The notes beneath the pieces were generated by a model. The model saw only the letters and a program-made list of their open reading frames with translations. It was not told where the DNA came from and searched no databases. Of a DNA stretch of 64,000 nucleotides, positions 1 through 10,277 are shown in pieces. The translations under genes were made by a program, and so were the position numbers. The stretch covers positions 1 to 64,000 of the IMG/VR virus record IMGVR_UViG_3300008450_000004; one strand, 5' to 3'. Position 1 is the first letter of the stretch; each line of letters starts with the position of its first letter. This DNA comes from a virus.

Positions 1-11
1 TAAAAAAATAA

Positions 12-257
12 ATGGAAAAAATATTTAATTTCGTAAAAACAATCTTAGGTTTTGTAAAAGAAACTAACATTAAAACTAAATCTACTATCTCTGAAGTACC
101 CAAAATAGTAGAAACTTTTAACAAAATCGAAGAACTAATCATTGAAAAACCTGTTGTTGAAGAACCAATCATTGAAAAGCCATTTGAACCTCAAATAGTT
201 GAAAAAACAAAAGCTAGTTCTAAAAAATCAAAGAAAAAATATTATATTAAAAAATAG
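12..257 (+). CDS. hypothetical protein (Glu/Pro/Lys-rich)
   Basis: 81 aa ORF with IIEKP repeats and a basic C-terminus; its stop overlaps the next start. Confidence 0.6.
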   Translation: MEKIFNFVKTILGFVKETNIKTKSTISEVPKIVETFNKIEELIIEKPVVEEPIIEKPFEPQIVEKTKASSKKSKKKYYIKK

Positions 258-490
258 TGATTAAATTATTAGAAATAGCAGAGGCATGGATAGAAGCTGA
301 AAACCCAAGTCCTAAGAATAAAATAATAGCGGAATCTAGAGTACAAATATGCAATGCTTGCCCTAAAAAAACTTACTTAAAAATATTTGATACTTATGTT
401 TGTGGAGTATGTAACTGCCCTATTAGTAAAAAAATATTTAGCCCAAAACCTGGACCTGAAGCATGCCCAGAACAAAAATGGAAACTTTAA
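257..490 (+). CDS. small Cys-rich putative metal-binding protein
   Basis: CxxC, CxxCxC and terminal CPxxKW motifs; GTG start overlapping the upstream stop. Confidence 0.65.
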   Translation: MIKLLEIAEAWIEAENPSPKNKIIAESRVQICNACPKKTYLKIFDTYVCGVCNCPISKKIFSPKPGPEACPEQKWKL

Positions 491-502
491 AAAATAAATT
501 AT

Positions 503-775
503 ATGTCAGAAATTAAAAAATTAACGCAAGAAGAAATTAATCACATCAAAACCCTTCAATCAGACTATAATAAGGTCGTATTTGAACTAGGTTCAATTGA
601 AAGTCAGTTAGTATTTATTAAAAAACAAACTGAAGTGTTATATGCTGAAAAAAGCAAAATAATAACTGAAATAGACAATATTAGTGAAAAAGAAAAAACA
701 TTAATAAATGGTCTACAAGAAAAGTACGGTGTAGGTAACATTAATATAGAAACAGGCGAAATATCTCCTTTTTAA
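503..775 (+). CDS. coiled-coil hypothetical protein
   Basis: Heptad pattern; C-terminal KYGxGxINIETGEI motif. Confidence 0.65.
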   Translation: MSEIKKLTQEEINHIKTLQSDYNKVVFELGSIESQLVFIKKQTEVLYAEKSKIITEIDNISEKEKTLINGLQEKYGVGNINIETGEISPF

Positions 776-858
776 TTATGTTTTTGCGTTTTGTATAAAA
801 TGTTTAATATTTATTATTAGATTAATTCATTAATAAAAAATCAATTATTTAATATAAA

Positions 859-2577
859 ATGGCAGAACAAATTATTTCACCTGGCGTATTCCAAATAGAA
901 TCTGACCAGAGTCTTTACACAACACAACCACCAGCATTAGGAGCTGCAATTGTTGGTCCTACAGTAATGGGTAGACCGTTTGTCCCTACATATGTAACTA
1001 CATATTCTCAATACTTATCGTTATTTGGTGATACTTTTAAAAGTAGTAGTTATTATTATGAATACTTTACATCACAAGCAGCTAAAGAATATTTTCAAAA
1101 TGGTGGTCAATCGTTACTAGTAACTAGAACTATTAGTGGATCAACAAATGCTAGTACTTACGCTACTGCAAATGTTACTAGTGGTAGTGTAACTTCATTT
1201 ACTTTAGAAGCCTTATCGTGGGGTAACCAAATGAATAACACTTCTAGTTTAGTAAGTGGTGCTTTAGCAAGTGGATCTTCATTAAATGTACGTTATGAGG
1301 TAACCTCAGTAAATACTGGTAGCGGTACTTTTACTTTAATTATTCGTCGTGGTGACGATAACGATGCTCAGAAAAATATTTTAGAAACATGGGCTAATAT
1401 GAGTTTAGATCCTCAATTACCTAATTATGTTGCTCGTGTAATTGGTGATTTAAAACCAGTTTATGTAGCAGCAACTGGTACCAGTGCAGCATATGTTAAT
1501 TATATTGGAACTTATCCAAACATATCACAATATGTTCGTGTATCCTCAGTAACTACACCAAATGTAGATTCAATTGATAATAACGGAATTTATAAATCAA
1601 CTCAATATAGTAGTAGTTTACCTATAGTAGGAAGTGGTTCATTCGGTGGTTCATTTAATGGTGGTGTAGCTGATACTACTGCTGCTAAATTAATGAATGA
1701 AAATATTACTACAACTAATATTCAGGGATTTGCACCTGCCGATTATAATTTAGCATTTAGTTTATTATCTAATGCCGATGAATACAGATTTAATATGCTG
1801 TTAGCTCCTGGTATTGGATTAGATAATTCAGCTGTATCTACTATGATAGCAACAGTAGAAGGACGTGGTGATGCAATCGCAATTACAGATACTGGTGTTT
1901 ACGGAACTGCAATCGGAACTGCAACTCAAAATGCTTCAGGTCAATCAAGCAATTACGCTGCTACTTACTATCCTTGGGTTCAATTGTTTTCAAGTGGTTT
2001 AGGAAAAGTAATATGGTGCCCTCCATCAACAGTAATAGGTGGTGTATTATCATTTAACGATAGAGTAGGTGCTGAGTGGTTTGCACCAGCTGGTTTAAAT
2101 AGAGGTGGTATTCCTTCAGTAGTTCGTCTTGAACGTAGATTACAACAAACAGATCGTGATGTTCTATATAGTGGAAATGTAAATCCACTTGCATCGTTCC
2201 CAGGAACCGGTACTTGTGTATGGGGCCAGAAAACACTACAACGTAAACCAACCTCTTTAGATCGTGTAAATGTAAGACGTTTATTAATTGCTTTAAAAGA
2301 TTTTATAGGTGGTGTATCTCGTACTTTAGTATTTGAACAAAATACAACTGTAACACGTAATAGATTCTTATCACAAGTTAATCCATACTTAGAATCAGTA
2401 GTACAACGTCAAGGTTTGTATGCTTATAAAGTAGTAATGGATGATACCAATAATACAGCTGATGTAGTTGATAGAAACCAATTAGTAGGTCAAATTTATA
2501 TTCAACCTACTAAAACAGCAGAATTTATTATTCTAAATTATAATATAACACCAACTGGCGCTACGTTCGGTGCATAA
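859..2577 (+). CDS. contractile tail sheath protein (T4 gp18-like)
   Basis: N-terminal SPGV motif; C-terminal WFAPAGLNRG, WGQKTL, RVNVRRL, FEQN and PTKTAEFI motifs. Confidence 0.96.
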   Translation: MAEQIISPGVFQIESDQSLYTTQPPALGAAIVGPTVMGRPFVPTYVTTYSQYLSLFGDTFKSSSYYYEYFTSQAAKEYFQNGGQSLLVTRTISGSTNASTYATANVTSGSVTSFTLEALSWGNQMNNTSSLVSGALASGSSLNVRYEVTSVNTGSGTFTLIIRRGDDNDAQKNILETWANMSLDPQLPNYVARVIGDLKPVYVAATGTSAAYVNYIGTYPNISQYVRVSSVTTPNVDSIDNNGIYKSTQYSSSLPIVGSGSFGGSFNGGVADTTAAKLMNENITTTNIQGFAPADYNLAFSLLSNADEYRFNMLLAPGIGLDNSAVSTMIATVEGRGDAIAITDTGVYGTAIGTATQNASGQSSNYAATYYPWVQLFSSGLGKVIWCPPSTVIGGVLSFNDRVGAEWFAPAGLNRGGIPSVVRLERRLQQTDRDVLYSGNVNPLASFPGTGTCVWGQKTLQRKPTSLDRVNVRRLLIALKDFIGGVSRTLVFEQNTTVTRNRFLSQVNPYLESVVQRQGLYAYKVVMDDTNNTADVVDRNQLVGQIYIQPTKTAEFIILNYNITPTGATFGA

Positions 2578-2614
2578 CATAGTTTATAAGTTCCTGTAAG
2601 GAATATATTGAGAT

Positions 2615-2656
2615 TGTCCTCCTACAATGTTTATCATCGTAGGAGGACATTTTTTG
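2615..2656 (+). terminator. intrinsic terminator-like hairpin after the sheath gene
   Basis: 11-bp stem TGTCCTCCTAC/GTAGGAGGACA followed by a T run. Confidence 0.7.
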
Positions 2657-2772
2657 ATAAAGTATAATATTTAATATAAAAACAAAAATACTTATAAAAA
2701 TATATTTAGTTTTTTAAAATTATGTATATTTATACTTAGACAATAATTAACAAATAAACTAATTTAAATAAA

Positions 2773-3258
2773 ATGCCAGTATTAAGCGCTAATGAGATAA
2801 TGTTTACAGCTTTTGAACCAAAAGTTCAAAATCGCTTTATCATGTACATAGATGGTATTCCTGCATACCTAATTAAAAAAGCAGCTTCACCTTCTTTAGA
2901 AGCTGGTGAAATTGTTCTAGATCATATCAATGTTTACCGTAAAGTTAAAGGTAAAGTTAGATGGAATGATATGACACTTGAATTATATGATCCAATTACA
3001 CCATCAGGTGCTCAAGCTGTAATGGAATGGGTTCGTCTATCACATGAATCTGTTACAGGCCGCGATGGTTATTCAGATTTTTATAAAAAAGACATTACTT
3101 TAGACGTATTAGGTCCTGTAGGTGATATTATTAGTGAATGGGTTGTTAAAGGAGCATACGTTAAATCAGCTAATTTTGGTGATTATGATTGGGCAAATGA
3201 TCAAGCAATTAACTTATCAGTTACAGTTGCTATGGATTATTGCGTGCTTAACTTCTGA
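2773..3258 (+). CDS. tail tube protein (T4 gp19-like)
   Basis: 161 aa directly after the sheath; NRF, KGKVRWNDMTLELYD and YKKDITL motifs. Confidence 0.93.
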   Translation: MPVLSANEIMFTAFEPKVQNRFIMYIDGIPAYLIKKAASPSLEAGEIVLDHINVYRKVKGKVRWNDMTLELYDPITPSGAQAVMEWVRLSHESVTGRDGYSDFYKKDITLDVLGPVGDIISEWVVKGAYVKSANFGDYDWANDQAINLSVTVAMDYCVLNF

Positions 3259-3318
3259 TCTTTAATTAAGAAAATAGCGATCCAAATCGCGTCTTTTAAC
3301 CCTCTCGTATATTTATAT

Positions 3319-4092
3319 ATGCAAGAGGGTTATTTTATGCTTAAAAAAGACAAACTAATACAAGAAAAATACAACGGTATTCATCCAACATGCCAATGTG
3401 GTTGTGGTGAACAAACACGTTATGAAGCTAAATTAAAAGATTTCTGTAAATGGAAAAGTGGACACCAATCCCGAGTTCCTGGTCACTTTGGTGATCCTAA
3501 AGCAAAAAAACGTGTACAAGCTATTATTAAAACACGTAAAGAAAAATTTGCTTCCGGTGAGTATGATTATATAAAACAAGCTATCAAAGGTAGGGATAAC
3601 ATTGAATTAGGAAAGAAAATATCCCAAGGATCTAAAGGCATATCTAAACCTAAACCAGATGGGTTTGGAATAGGACGCATACAATCTGAAGAAACTCGTA
3701 AAAAAATGAGTAATTCGGCTATACAACGCATAATAAAAACAGGTAAGGTTAAGCGATCTAATTTAGAATATAAATTTGAAGGTTTACTTGAATTATTAGA
3801 AATCCAACATATCCATTCATATTTTATAAAAGATATAAATAAAATATATGATTTTTATTTACCTAAATACAATATGCTAGTAGAAATAGATGGTGATTTT
3901 TGGCATTGTAATCCTAATACAAAATATGCATTACCTGAATGTAAAACTCAAGAAATAAATCTAACAAACGATCAATTTAAAACACAATGGGCGTTAGACA
4001 ACGGTTATAAATTGATACGTTTTTGGGAAAATGACATAAATAATAATATATTAAAAGTAAAACAAGTTTTATTAGAAAACATAAAATCATAA
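3319..4092 (+). mobile_element. free-standing homing endonuclease: CxCGCG Zn motif, NUMOD3, C-terminal Vsr/DUF559-type nuclease
   Basis: CQCGCG; QSEETRKKMS; YDFYLP..LVEIDGDFWH..IRFWE; possible alternative start at 3337. Confidence 0.85.
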
Positions 4093-4139
4093 TATTTATC
4101 GACATAAAATTACTTTTCCCGAAGTATACAGAAAAAATT

Positions 4140-4180
4140 GGTTTGGCTTTTGCCAAACCTTTTTTTATCGTTATATTTAT
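4140..4180 (+). terminator. terminator hairpin overlapping a promoter-like motif
   Basis: GGTTTGGC-TTTT-GCCAAACC plus T run; TTTG at 4149, 19 nt spacer, TATATTTA at 4172. Confidence 0.65.
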
Positions 4181-4200
4181 ATTAAACAACAAGTTACAAA

Positions 4201-4971
4201 ATGGAAAACAATGTTACAAAACCTAAATTCCCAACTGAAATAGTAGATTTACCTTCAAAAGGCCTGCTATATTCAAAGGAAAATCCATTATCAAGCGGTA
4301 AAATTGAAATGAAATATATGAGCGCACGTGAAGAAGATATTCTTACAAACGCAAATTATATTAAGCAAGGTACTGTTATTGATAAATTATTACAAGCATT
4401 AATCGTATCTCCTATCAGTTATGATGATTTATTAATTGGAGACAAAAACGCAATTTTAGTTGCTGCCCGTATTTTAGGATATGGTAAAGATTATCAATTT
4501 GTTTATAAAAACAAACAGGGATATGAAATAGAAACTACTGTTGATTTAACCACGTTAAACGACAAAGAAATTGACGAAACTTTATTTAAACCCGGTGTAA
4601 ATGAATTTACTTTTAATTTACCTCATTCAGATAATACTATTACGTTTAAATTATTAACACACGGTGATGAAAAGAAAATTGAGGCTGAAATTAAAGGTTT
4701 ACAAAAATTAAACCCAACAGCATCATATGATGTTACTACTCGTTTAAAATATATGATAGTATCAGTAAATGGTAATAGGGATGCTAAAACAGTAAGAGAA
4801 TTTGTAGACAATTTTTTAACAGCAAGAGATGCTAGAGCACTACGTGAATATTATGTAAAAATCCAACCAGATATTGAAATGAAATACTATCCTGAGGATG
4901 AAAACTATGTAGGGGAGGGCATAGATATTCCTATTTCTCTTAACTTTTTTTGGCCTGACTCCGGAATATAG
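4201..4971 (+). CDS. tail/baseplate assembly chaperone (T4 gp26-like)
   Basis: LPSKG..Y, MSAREEDIL and terminal FFWP motifs; lies between the tube and tape measure genes. Confidence 0.8.
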   Translation: MENNVTKPKFPTEIVDLPSKGLLYSKENPLSSGKIEMKYMSAREEDILTNANYIKQGTVIDKLLQALIVSPISYDDLLIGDKNAILVAARILGYGKDYQFVYKNKQGYEIETTVDLTTLNDKEIDETLFKPGVNEFTFNLPHSDNTITFKLLTHGDEKKIEAEIKGLQKLNPTASYDVTTRLKYMIVSVNGNRDAKTVREFVDNFLTARDARALREYYVKIQPDIEMKYYPEDENYVGEGIDIPISLNFFWPDSGI

Positions 4972-5227
4972 ACCAATATTATTTGGTCAAATTCATGATA
5001 TTTGTTTTTGGGGACAAGGAGGATATGATTGGACTACTATTTATGATATGCCTATTTGGTTAAGAAAATTTACATTTCTTAAATTAAAGGAACATTATGA
5101 TAAACAAAATGAAGAAGCTGAAAAACAGCAAAACATGATGAATAATAAAAGTAAACAAGAAATAACCAAACCTAATATAACCCCTCAAAACACACCCCAT
5201 TATACAGTTAAAGCGCCTAAAAAATAG
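4946..5227 (+). CDS. probable frameshift extension of the tail chaperone (gp51/gpT-like), in the +1 frame
   Basis: Frame open from the T7 run (4945-4951) to TAG at 5225-5227: FFGLTPEYRPILFGQIHDICFWGQGGYDWTTIYDMPIWLRKF...APKK; first ATG only at 5048; missing from the ORF track. Confidence 0.72.
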   Translation, partial: FFGLTPEYRPILFGQIHDICFWGQGGYDWTTIYDMPIWLRKFTFLKLKEHYDKQNEEAEKQQNMMNNKSKQEITKPNITPQNTPHYTVKAPKK

Positions 5228-5241
5228 GTGCTTTTTCTTTT
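5213..5241 (+). terminator. intrinsic terminator before the tape measure gene
   Basis: GCGCCTA-AAAAA-TAGGTGC stem followed by TTTTTCTTTT. Confidence 0.6.
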
Positions 5242-5259
5242 TATATATTTATTACATAT

Positions 5260-7548
5260 ATGGCAACACCAGCAGACAAAGACAGTTTAGATAACATTAA
5301 TAAGATTAATGAGTCCGCTAAAACATTAGCTAATACTTACAAACAGATTGAACAATCAACTGGAAGGTTAAATGCTGATCAAAAAGAAACATTAGATATA
5401 GCTAAATCATTAGTTAATGTTTCTTATGAAATTGGAAAATCTATTAATTTAAGAATAAGCGGTGAAGCTAAATCTAGAGATATAGCTAAACAAATAAAAG
5501 TATTAACTCAAAATCAATTAAATCAAAATGGAGAATTAAACAAATTAACAGATAATTCTGTTAAAGCAAATATAGCTAAACGAATTACTCAACAACAATT
5601 AGTAAGAGCTACTCAAGAACAAATAACTGCTGAAGAAAAATTAGGACAAAAAGCAAGCACAGTAGCAAATATTCAAAGTACCATAAGAAACTACGAAGCT
5701 GGTATAATACAAGCTAGACTTAATAATAATAATATATTAGCTAGAACTTTAAGTCATTTAAAAAATCAAGCTAGTCTTAACTTATCTACTGCTAAGCAAG
5801 CTGAAAGAGATGCTAAAGAAGATTTAAGAAATAAAGATAGAGCGTTAAGTTCTGCTACTAAGATATCAGAAGAAGCTAAAAAACAATCTAAAATAGCATA
5901 TGATGCTAAAAAAGCATATGAGGCAGCAATAGATGCTCAAAAACAAGAATTAGAATTACTTAATAAAGCTAAGATTATTGCTCAAGGAAAAGAAGTATTA
6001 AATGTATTAGCAGAAAAATTTAATATAAAACAAATCAAAGATATGTTTACATTAGTAGGCATATTTAAGATGATATTAGATTCTGCTCTTAACTATAATA
6101 AAATATCTGTTGAAATAGGTAAAAACTTTGGATACGGTGCTGAACAAGCTAATAGAGTAGCATCTAATTTAAAAAGTGTTGCTCAAAGTTCTGATAACAT
6201 AAATGTTACTCTAAAGAACGCAGCTGAAGCAATGAATCAGTTAAATACTCAAACTGGATTTGTAGCAGAATATTCAGCTAAAACTTTAGAAACTCAAATT
6301 ATGTTAACCAAACAATTTGGATTAACAGCAGATGAGGCAGCGGGAGTTTATAAATTATCTGTTTTAACAGGAAAATCCTCAGAACAAGTAAATAAAGCAA
6401 TGGTGGGTGCTTTTGTAGCATCTAGAAATCAACTTAAAGTTGGATTACCATTTAAGGCAACTATAGCTGAAGCCGCTAAAGTATCAGGCCAATTAGCCGC
6501 TAATTTAAAAAACAATCCTGAATTATTAGTACAGGCGGTATCTCAAGCTAAAGCATTAGGTACAACATTAGAACAAACTAAAAGACAAGGTGAATCATTA
6601 TTAGATTTTGAATCATCTATAGAAAGTGAATTAAAAGCCGAATTATTAACAGGCCAAGCAATAAATTTAGAAAGAGCTAGATCAGCAGCATTAATGGGTG
6701 ATCAAGTTACAGTAATGAAAGAACTTACAGATCAAGGTATGACTCTTGAAAAGTTCCAAAACATGAATGTATTAGCTCAAAAGTCATTTGCTGCTGCTAT
6801 TGGATTGAGTTCAGATGAATTAGCTAATCAACTTACAAAACAAAAATTAGCAGTTGAAAGTGGTAAATCATTAGCTCAACTTACTGAAGAAGAAGCATTA
6901 GAAGCTGAAAAAAGACAGAATATACAAGATAAATTTAATGCCGCTGTTGAAAAATTACAAGATTTAATTGGTAATCTAGTAGCAGGACCTTTTGGAAAAC
7001 TATTAGAAGTAATTACTTCTATATTATCGAATACAACTGCTCTTTGGACAATTTTAGGAGGTTTAGGAGGATATATGGTAGCATCTATTCTACCTGCTTT
7101 TAGTAAATTAGGAGTAATGATGAGATTTATTCGAATGCAAGGTATAGGAGCCGCTATAGTGTCCGTTATTAAAGGAGCATGGGAATCATTAGGTGGGTTA
7201 CCTGTAGTAGGACCTATATTAGCAGGAGCCGCTATTGCTGGTGGTATAGCATTAGTAAATTCTTATAAGGCCGATGATTTAATGTCTGAACCCGGATATG
7301 GTAAACGTACATTAACTACTGAAGAAGGACAATTTAAATTAAACGATAGAGATACATTAATAGCTGGTACGGATTTAGGTGGAGGAATAAAACCACAACA
7401 ACAACCAATGCAAGACAATTCAGGAATGATAGCCGCCATTAATAGTTTACACCAAACATTATCACAGAAAAATTTCTCTCCAGTATTAAAAGCAGATAGT
7501 ACAATATTAGCAACAACAACAGCTCAAGGTTCTTATAATCTAGCTTAA
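5260..7548 (+). CDS. tail tape measure protein
   Basis: 762 aa helical, Ala/Gln/Lys-rich, with hydrophobic C-terminal segments; follows the chaperone. Confidence 0.88.
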   Translation: MATPADKDSLDNINKINESAKTLANTYKQIEQSTGRLNADQKETLDIAKSLVNVSYEIGKSINLRISGEAKSRDIAKQIKVLTQNQLNQNGELNKLTDNSVKANIAKRITQQQLVRATQEQITAEEKLGQKASTVANIQSTIRNYEAGIIQARLNNNNILARTLSHLKNQASLNLSTAKQAERDAKEDLRNKDRALSSATKISEEAKKQSKIAYDAKKAYEAAIDAQKQELELLNKAKIIAQGKEVLNVLAEKFNIKQIKDMFTLVGIFKMILDSALNYNKISVEIGKNFGYGAEQANRVASNLKSVAQSSDNINVTLKNAAEAMNQLNTQTGFVAEYSAKTLETQIMLTKQFGLTADEAAGVYKLSVLTGKSSEQVNKAMVGAFVASRNQLKVGLPFKATIAEAAKVSGQLAANLKNNPELLVQAVSQAKALGTTLEQTKRQGESLLDFESSIESELKAELLTGQAINLERARSAALMGDQVTVMKELTDQGMTLEKFQNMNVLAQKSFAAAIGLSSDELANQLTKQKLAVESGKSLAQLTEEEALEAEKRQNIQDKFNAAVEKLQDLIGNLVAGPFGKLLEVITSILSNTTALWTILGGLGGYMVASILPAFSKLGVMMRFIRMQGIGAAIVSVIKGAWESLGGLPVVGPILAGAAIAGGIALVNSYKADDLMSEPGYGKRTLTTEEGQFKLNDRDTLIAGTDLGGGIKPQQQPMQDNSGMIAAINSLHQTLSQKNFSPVLKADSTILATTTAQGSYNLA

Positions 7549-7589
7549 TACTCTAATATTTATATTAAACAATTAATTATTTTACAATT

Positions 7590-8006
7590 ATGGCAGTAGT
7601 AGACCAATACAAAGCAAGTACACTTGGATTATTAGTTAGACACAATGTTGAACCACAAAGAGATATGACAGCTAAAAATTCTTTTTGGGGATATAGAGAC
7701 CCATCATCTAACGTAGATCCAGCACTAAGTCAATTACATGGAGAAGGATTTGCAAATCCATACCAATTAGGTTATTCAGTAGATGGAACTCCCAATGTTA
7801 GAGTAGAATCATTTGGTGATATCTCAGCAGGTAGTACAGTATCTGTTAAAAGACCATCTCTTATAGATGAATTAGATAAAGATGCTCCTAACAATACTCA
7901 AATAGGATCCCCCGTTCCAAATGGCGGATCTGTAGTATCTAAAATATATAAATCTCCTACAGGACAAAGATATAAAGATTTAGGACCTATAGATGGTAGG
8001 TATTAA
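7590..8006 (+). CDS. hypothetical virion/tail protein
   Basis: 138 aa ORF in the tail operon, preceded by ATATTTAT. Confidence 0.55.
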   Translation: MAVVDQYKASTLGLLVRHNVEPQRDMTAKNSFWGYRDPSSNVDPALSQLHGEGFANPYQLGYSVDGTPNVRVESFGDISAGSTVSVKRPSLIDELDKDAPNNTQIGSPVPNGGSVVSKIYKSPTGQRYKDLGPIDGRY

Positions 8007-8052
8007 TTATAGTAGGAATATCCTAAATACTATTACTTTTAATTAAACATAA

Positions 8053-10275
8053 ATGGCTTTAAGAGACCTAGTTAATGATACTACCTTAAAATCACTTAAA
8101 TATGGCTTTGACCAATTAGGTGGTGGTGATAGTGGACAACCTTATATAACAACAGATATTAGTGATCCTAATTTAACTAATCTAAATTTAGCTAGAGGAG
8201 GATTAGGAAGTATATTGCGAGAAGCAGGTATATCTCCTATTATAACAATCAATAATAAAATAGGTAAAGACGATGGTTTTGTAAGAGGTGGTTTTTTAGG
8301 AGCAGCTAATGCTGGTATAGTAGATACTGTTCGTATAGGTAGTTGGATTATAAATAATCCTTTATGGATCGCTAAACAAGTAGGTCTACAATTATCTAAT
8401 CCTAAATTAGAAGTTAGAAAAGGAACATTAGGAGCTATTACTTCTCTACTAACAGGTAATATAGGTCCGCTTACTGGTGGTTTATTACAACCCACCAGAA
8501 TATATAATTTAGGAATTAATACATTAGCTCAAATTCCCTTTAATGCTTTTGGTGGTCATTTTATTAGACATGGCTTAACACCAATAATGGCGGATAGTGA
8601 CAAGTATGAATCTATAGTAACAGACAATAATAAAGCAAATAAAAATCGATTAGTAGGATTAAAATCTAATTATTCATTTAATTCATCTAAAGAACAAACA
8701 TTAGTAGAATCAGATATAGATAGATATATTACTGGCCCTGAATCAGCATATGGTATAGGACAAACAGTTATTAGACGATTTGTTCCTAAAAGCACAACTA
8801 CACAGGAATTCTTAGAAATTGCTAAATTTACTAATCAATCCAATACAAGAGATTGGGAGAAAGCTAATATTTCTATTAATGGTCTTCTTGGCTTATCTAA
8901 AACCATAGGCACATCAGTTATACCTGAATATTCTAGTACTCCTCTATCTAATAGGGACCAAACAGCAATTAACTATAATGGTGCTTCTCCTATGGCTAGG
9001 AAATATGCTGATTTATTTAAAGCAACACAAGCCGTTACTAATATCGTACAAAGTATCCCATTTTCAGATTCAATAAATTATACATCTCAAGGTCCATCTA
9101 ATTCACCGTTTGGTGAAGGTAGAAAAGATTTTAAAACAATACAAAATATTGGATTAAATAGAAATAGAAAAGCAGAAAGTGGAGATTATAAGTACTACGG
9201 TGATAAAAAAGTTAGTGATGATGGTAGTCAAGCTTCATATAATAATACATATAAGTTTGACAGATACGATTCTGATATTCTAACAGTAATGTTTAGAGGA
9301 GTAGATCCATTCACATTAAACGAAGAAAGATGGGCTTTTTCCGCTTATCTAAGTAATTTTAGAGATGATTTTAACGCTACTTGGAATGATATAAATTATA
9401 TTGGGAGATCAGAAACTTTCTATATATATTCAAAATTCAGAAGATCAGTATCATTTAATTTAAAAATACCTTGTTTTAATAGAACACAATTATTTGAAAA
9501 ACACAGAGCATTAGGTCAATTAGCATCAACAACTGCTGGTAGATATAGTACGGAAAATAATGCTTTAGGTGGTGTATTATTAAGATTAAATGTGGGTAAT
9601 TATTTAGTAGGAGAATATGCTACAATGACTAGTTTACAATATAGTATACCTGACGATTCACCTTGGGATATAACACCTGAGGCTAGATTAGCTATGTATA
9701 TTGAAGCCAACTTTAATTTTAATATTGTACATCAAAAATTACCTCAATATTTACCTAGTGCTACTGCTGAGGGCGGCAGCAAACCAGTAGGCTTCTTTGG
9801 ATATTTACCAGATTCAGTTGCTGGTGATAAAGAATTTATTAGAATACCAAACAGAACAGACGGTGAGCAAAATACTATTACAGAAGGGTTTGCTATTAAT
9901 TTAGTAGATCCACCATTAGATGCTAATAATAATTCATTATCTAGAGGTACAAAACTATCAAATACAAACCCAGCTCATGTTATAGTTCCTAGGAGTGAAT
10001 TAAAAGAACAAATAAAATTTAAACAACCATTAGAATCTAATTCAACTATAGAACAAAATATAAACACATTGTCAGAAACACCAACTGCTGCTTTCTCTAC
10101 TACTAATAGTACTAATACTACTACCACACCAACCACCAGAACTACTACTACTACCACACCAACCACCAGAACTACTACTACTACTACTACTGAGTTTTTT
10201 GATGCTAATGATAATTCACCTAGAAAGAAAGAATTAATGGAAAAAATACAGGCAATTAGAAATAAAGGATTATAA
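8053..10275 (+). CDS. baseplate/tail tube initiator-like protein with a Thr-rich tail
   Basis: FSAYLSNFRDDFNATW..YIGRSE..Y..RSVSFNLKI tube-fold motif (gp48/gp54-like). Confidence 0.7.
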   Translation: MALRDLVNDTTLKSLKYGFDQLGGGDSGQPYITTDISDPNLTNLNLARGGLGSILREAGISPIITINNKIGKDDGFVRGGFLGAANAGIVDTVRIGSWIINNPLWIAKQVGLQLSNPKLEVRKGTLGAITSLLTGNIGPLTGGLLQPTRIYNLGINTLAQIPFNAFGGHFIRHGLTPIMADSDKYESIVTDNNKANKNRLVGLKSNYSFNSSKEQTLVESDIDRYITGPESAYGIGQTVIRRFVPKSTTTQEFLEIAKFTNQSNTRDWEKANISINGLLGLSKTIGTSVIPEYSSTPLSNRDQTAINYNGASPMARKYADLFKATQAVTNIVQSIPFSDSINYTSQGPSNSPFGEGRKDFKTIQNIGLNRNRKAESGDYKYYGDKKVSDDGSQASYNNTYKFDRYDSDILTVMFRGVDPFTLNEERWAFSAYLSNFRDDFNATWNDINYIGRSETFYIYSKFRRSVSFNLKIPCFNRTQLFEKHRALGQLASTTAGRYSTENNALGGVLLRLNVGNYLVGEYATMTSLQYSIPDDSPWDITPEARLAMYIEANFNFNIVHQKLPQYLPSATAEGGSKPVGFFGYLPDSVAGDKEFIRIPNRTDGEQNTITEGFAINLVDPPLDANNNSLSRGTKLSNTNPAHVIVPRSELKEQIKFKQPLESNSTIEQNINTLSETPTAAFSTTNSTNTTTTPTTRTTTTTTPTTRTTTTTTTEFFDANDNSPRKKELMEKIQAIRNKGL
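10116..10191 (+). repeat. 30-bp tandem duplication plus (ACT)n encoding TTTTPTTRTT repeats
   Basis: ACTACTACCACACCAACCACCAGAACTACT occurs twice with period 30. Confidence 0.9.
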
Positions 10276-10277
10276 AA

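Noticed and set aside
4945-5000. -1 frameshift or TAG read-through of the chaperone
   Set aside because: The -1 frame hits TGA within a few codons, and in-frame read-through stops after 8 codons
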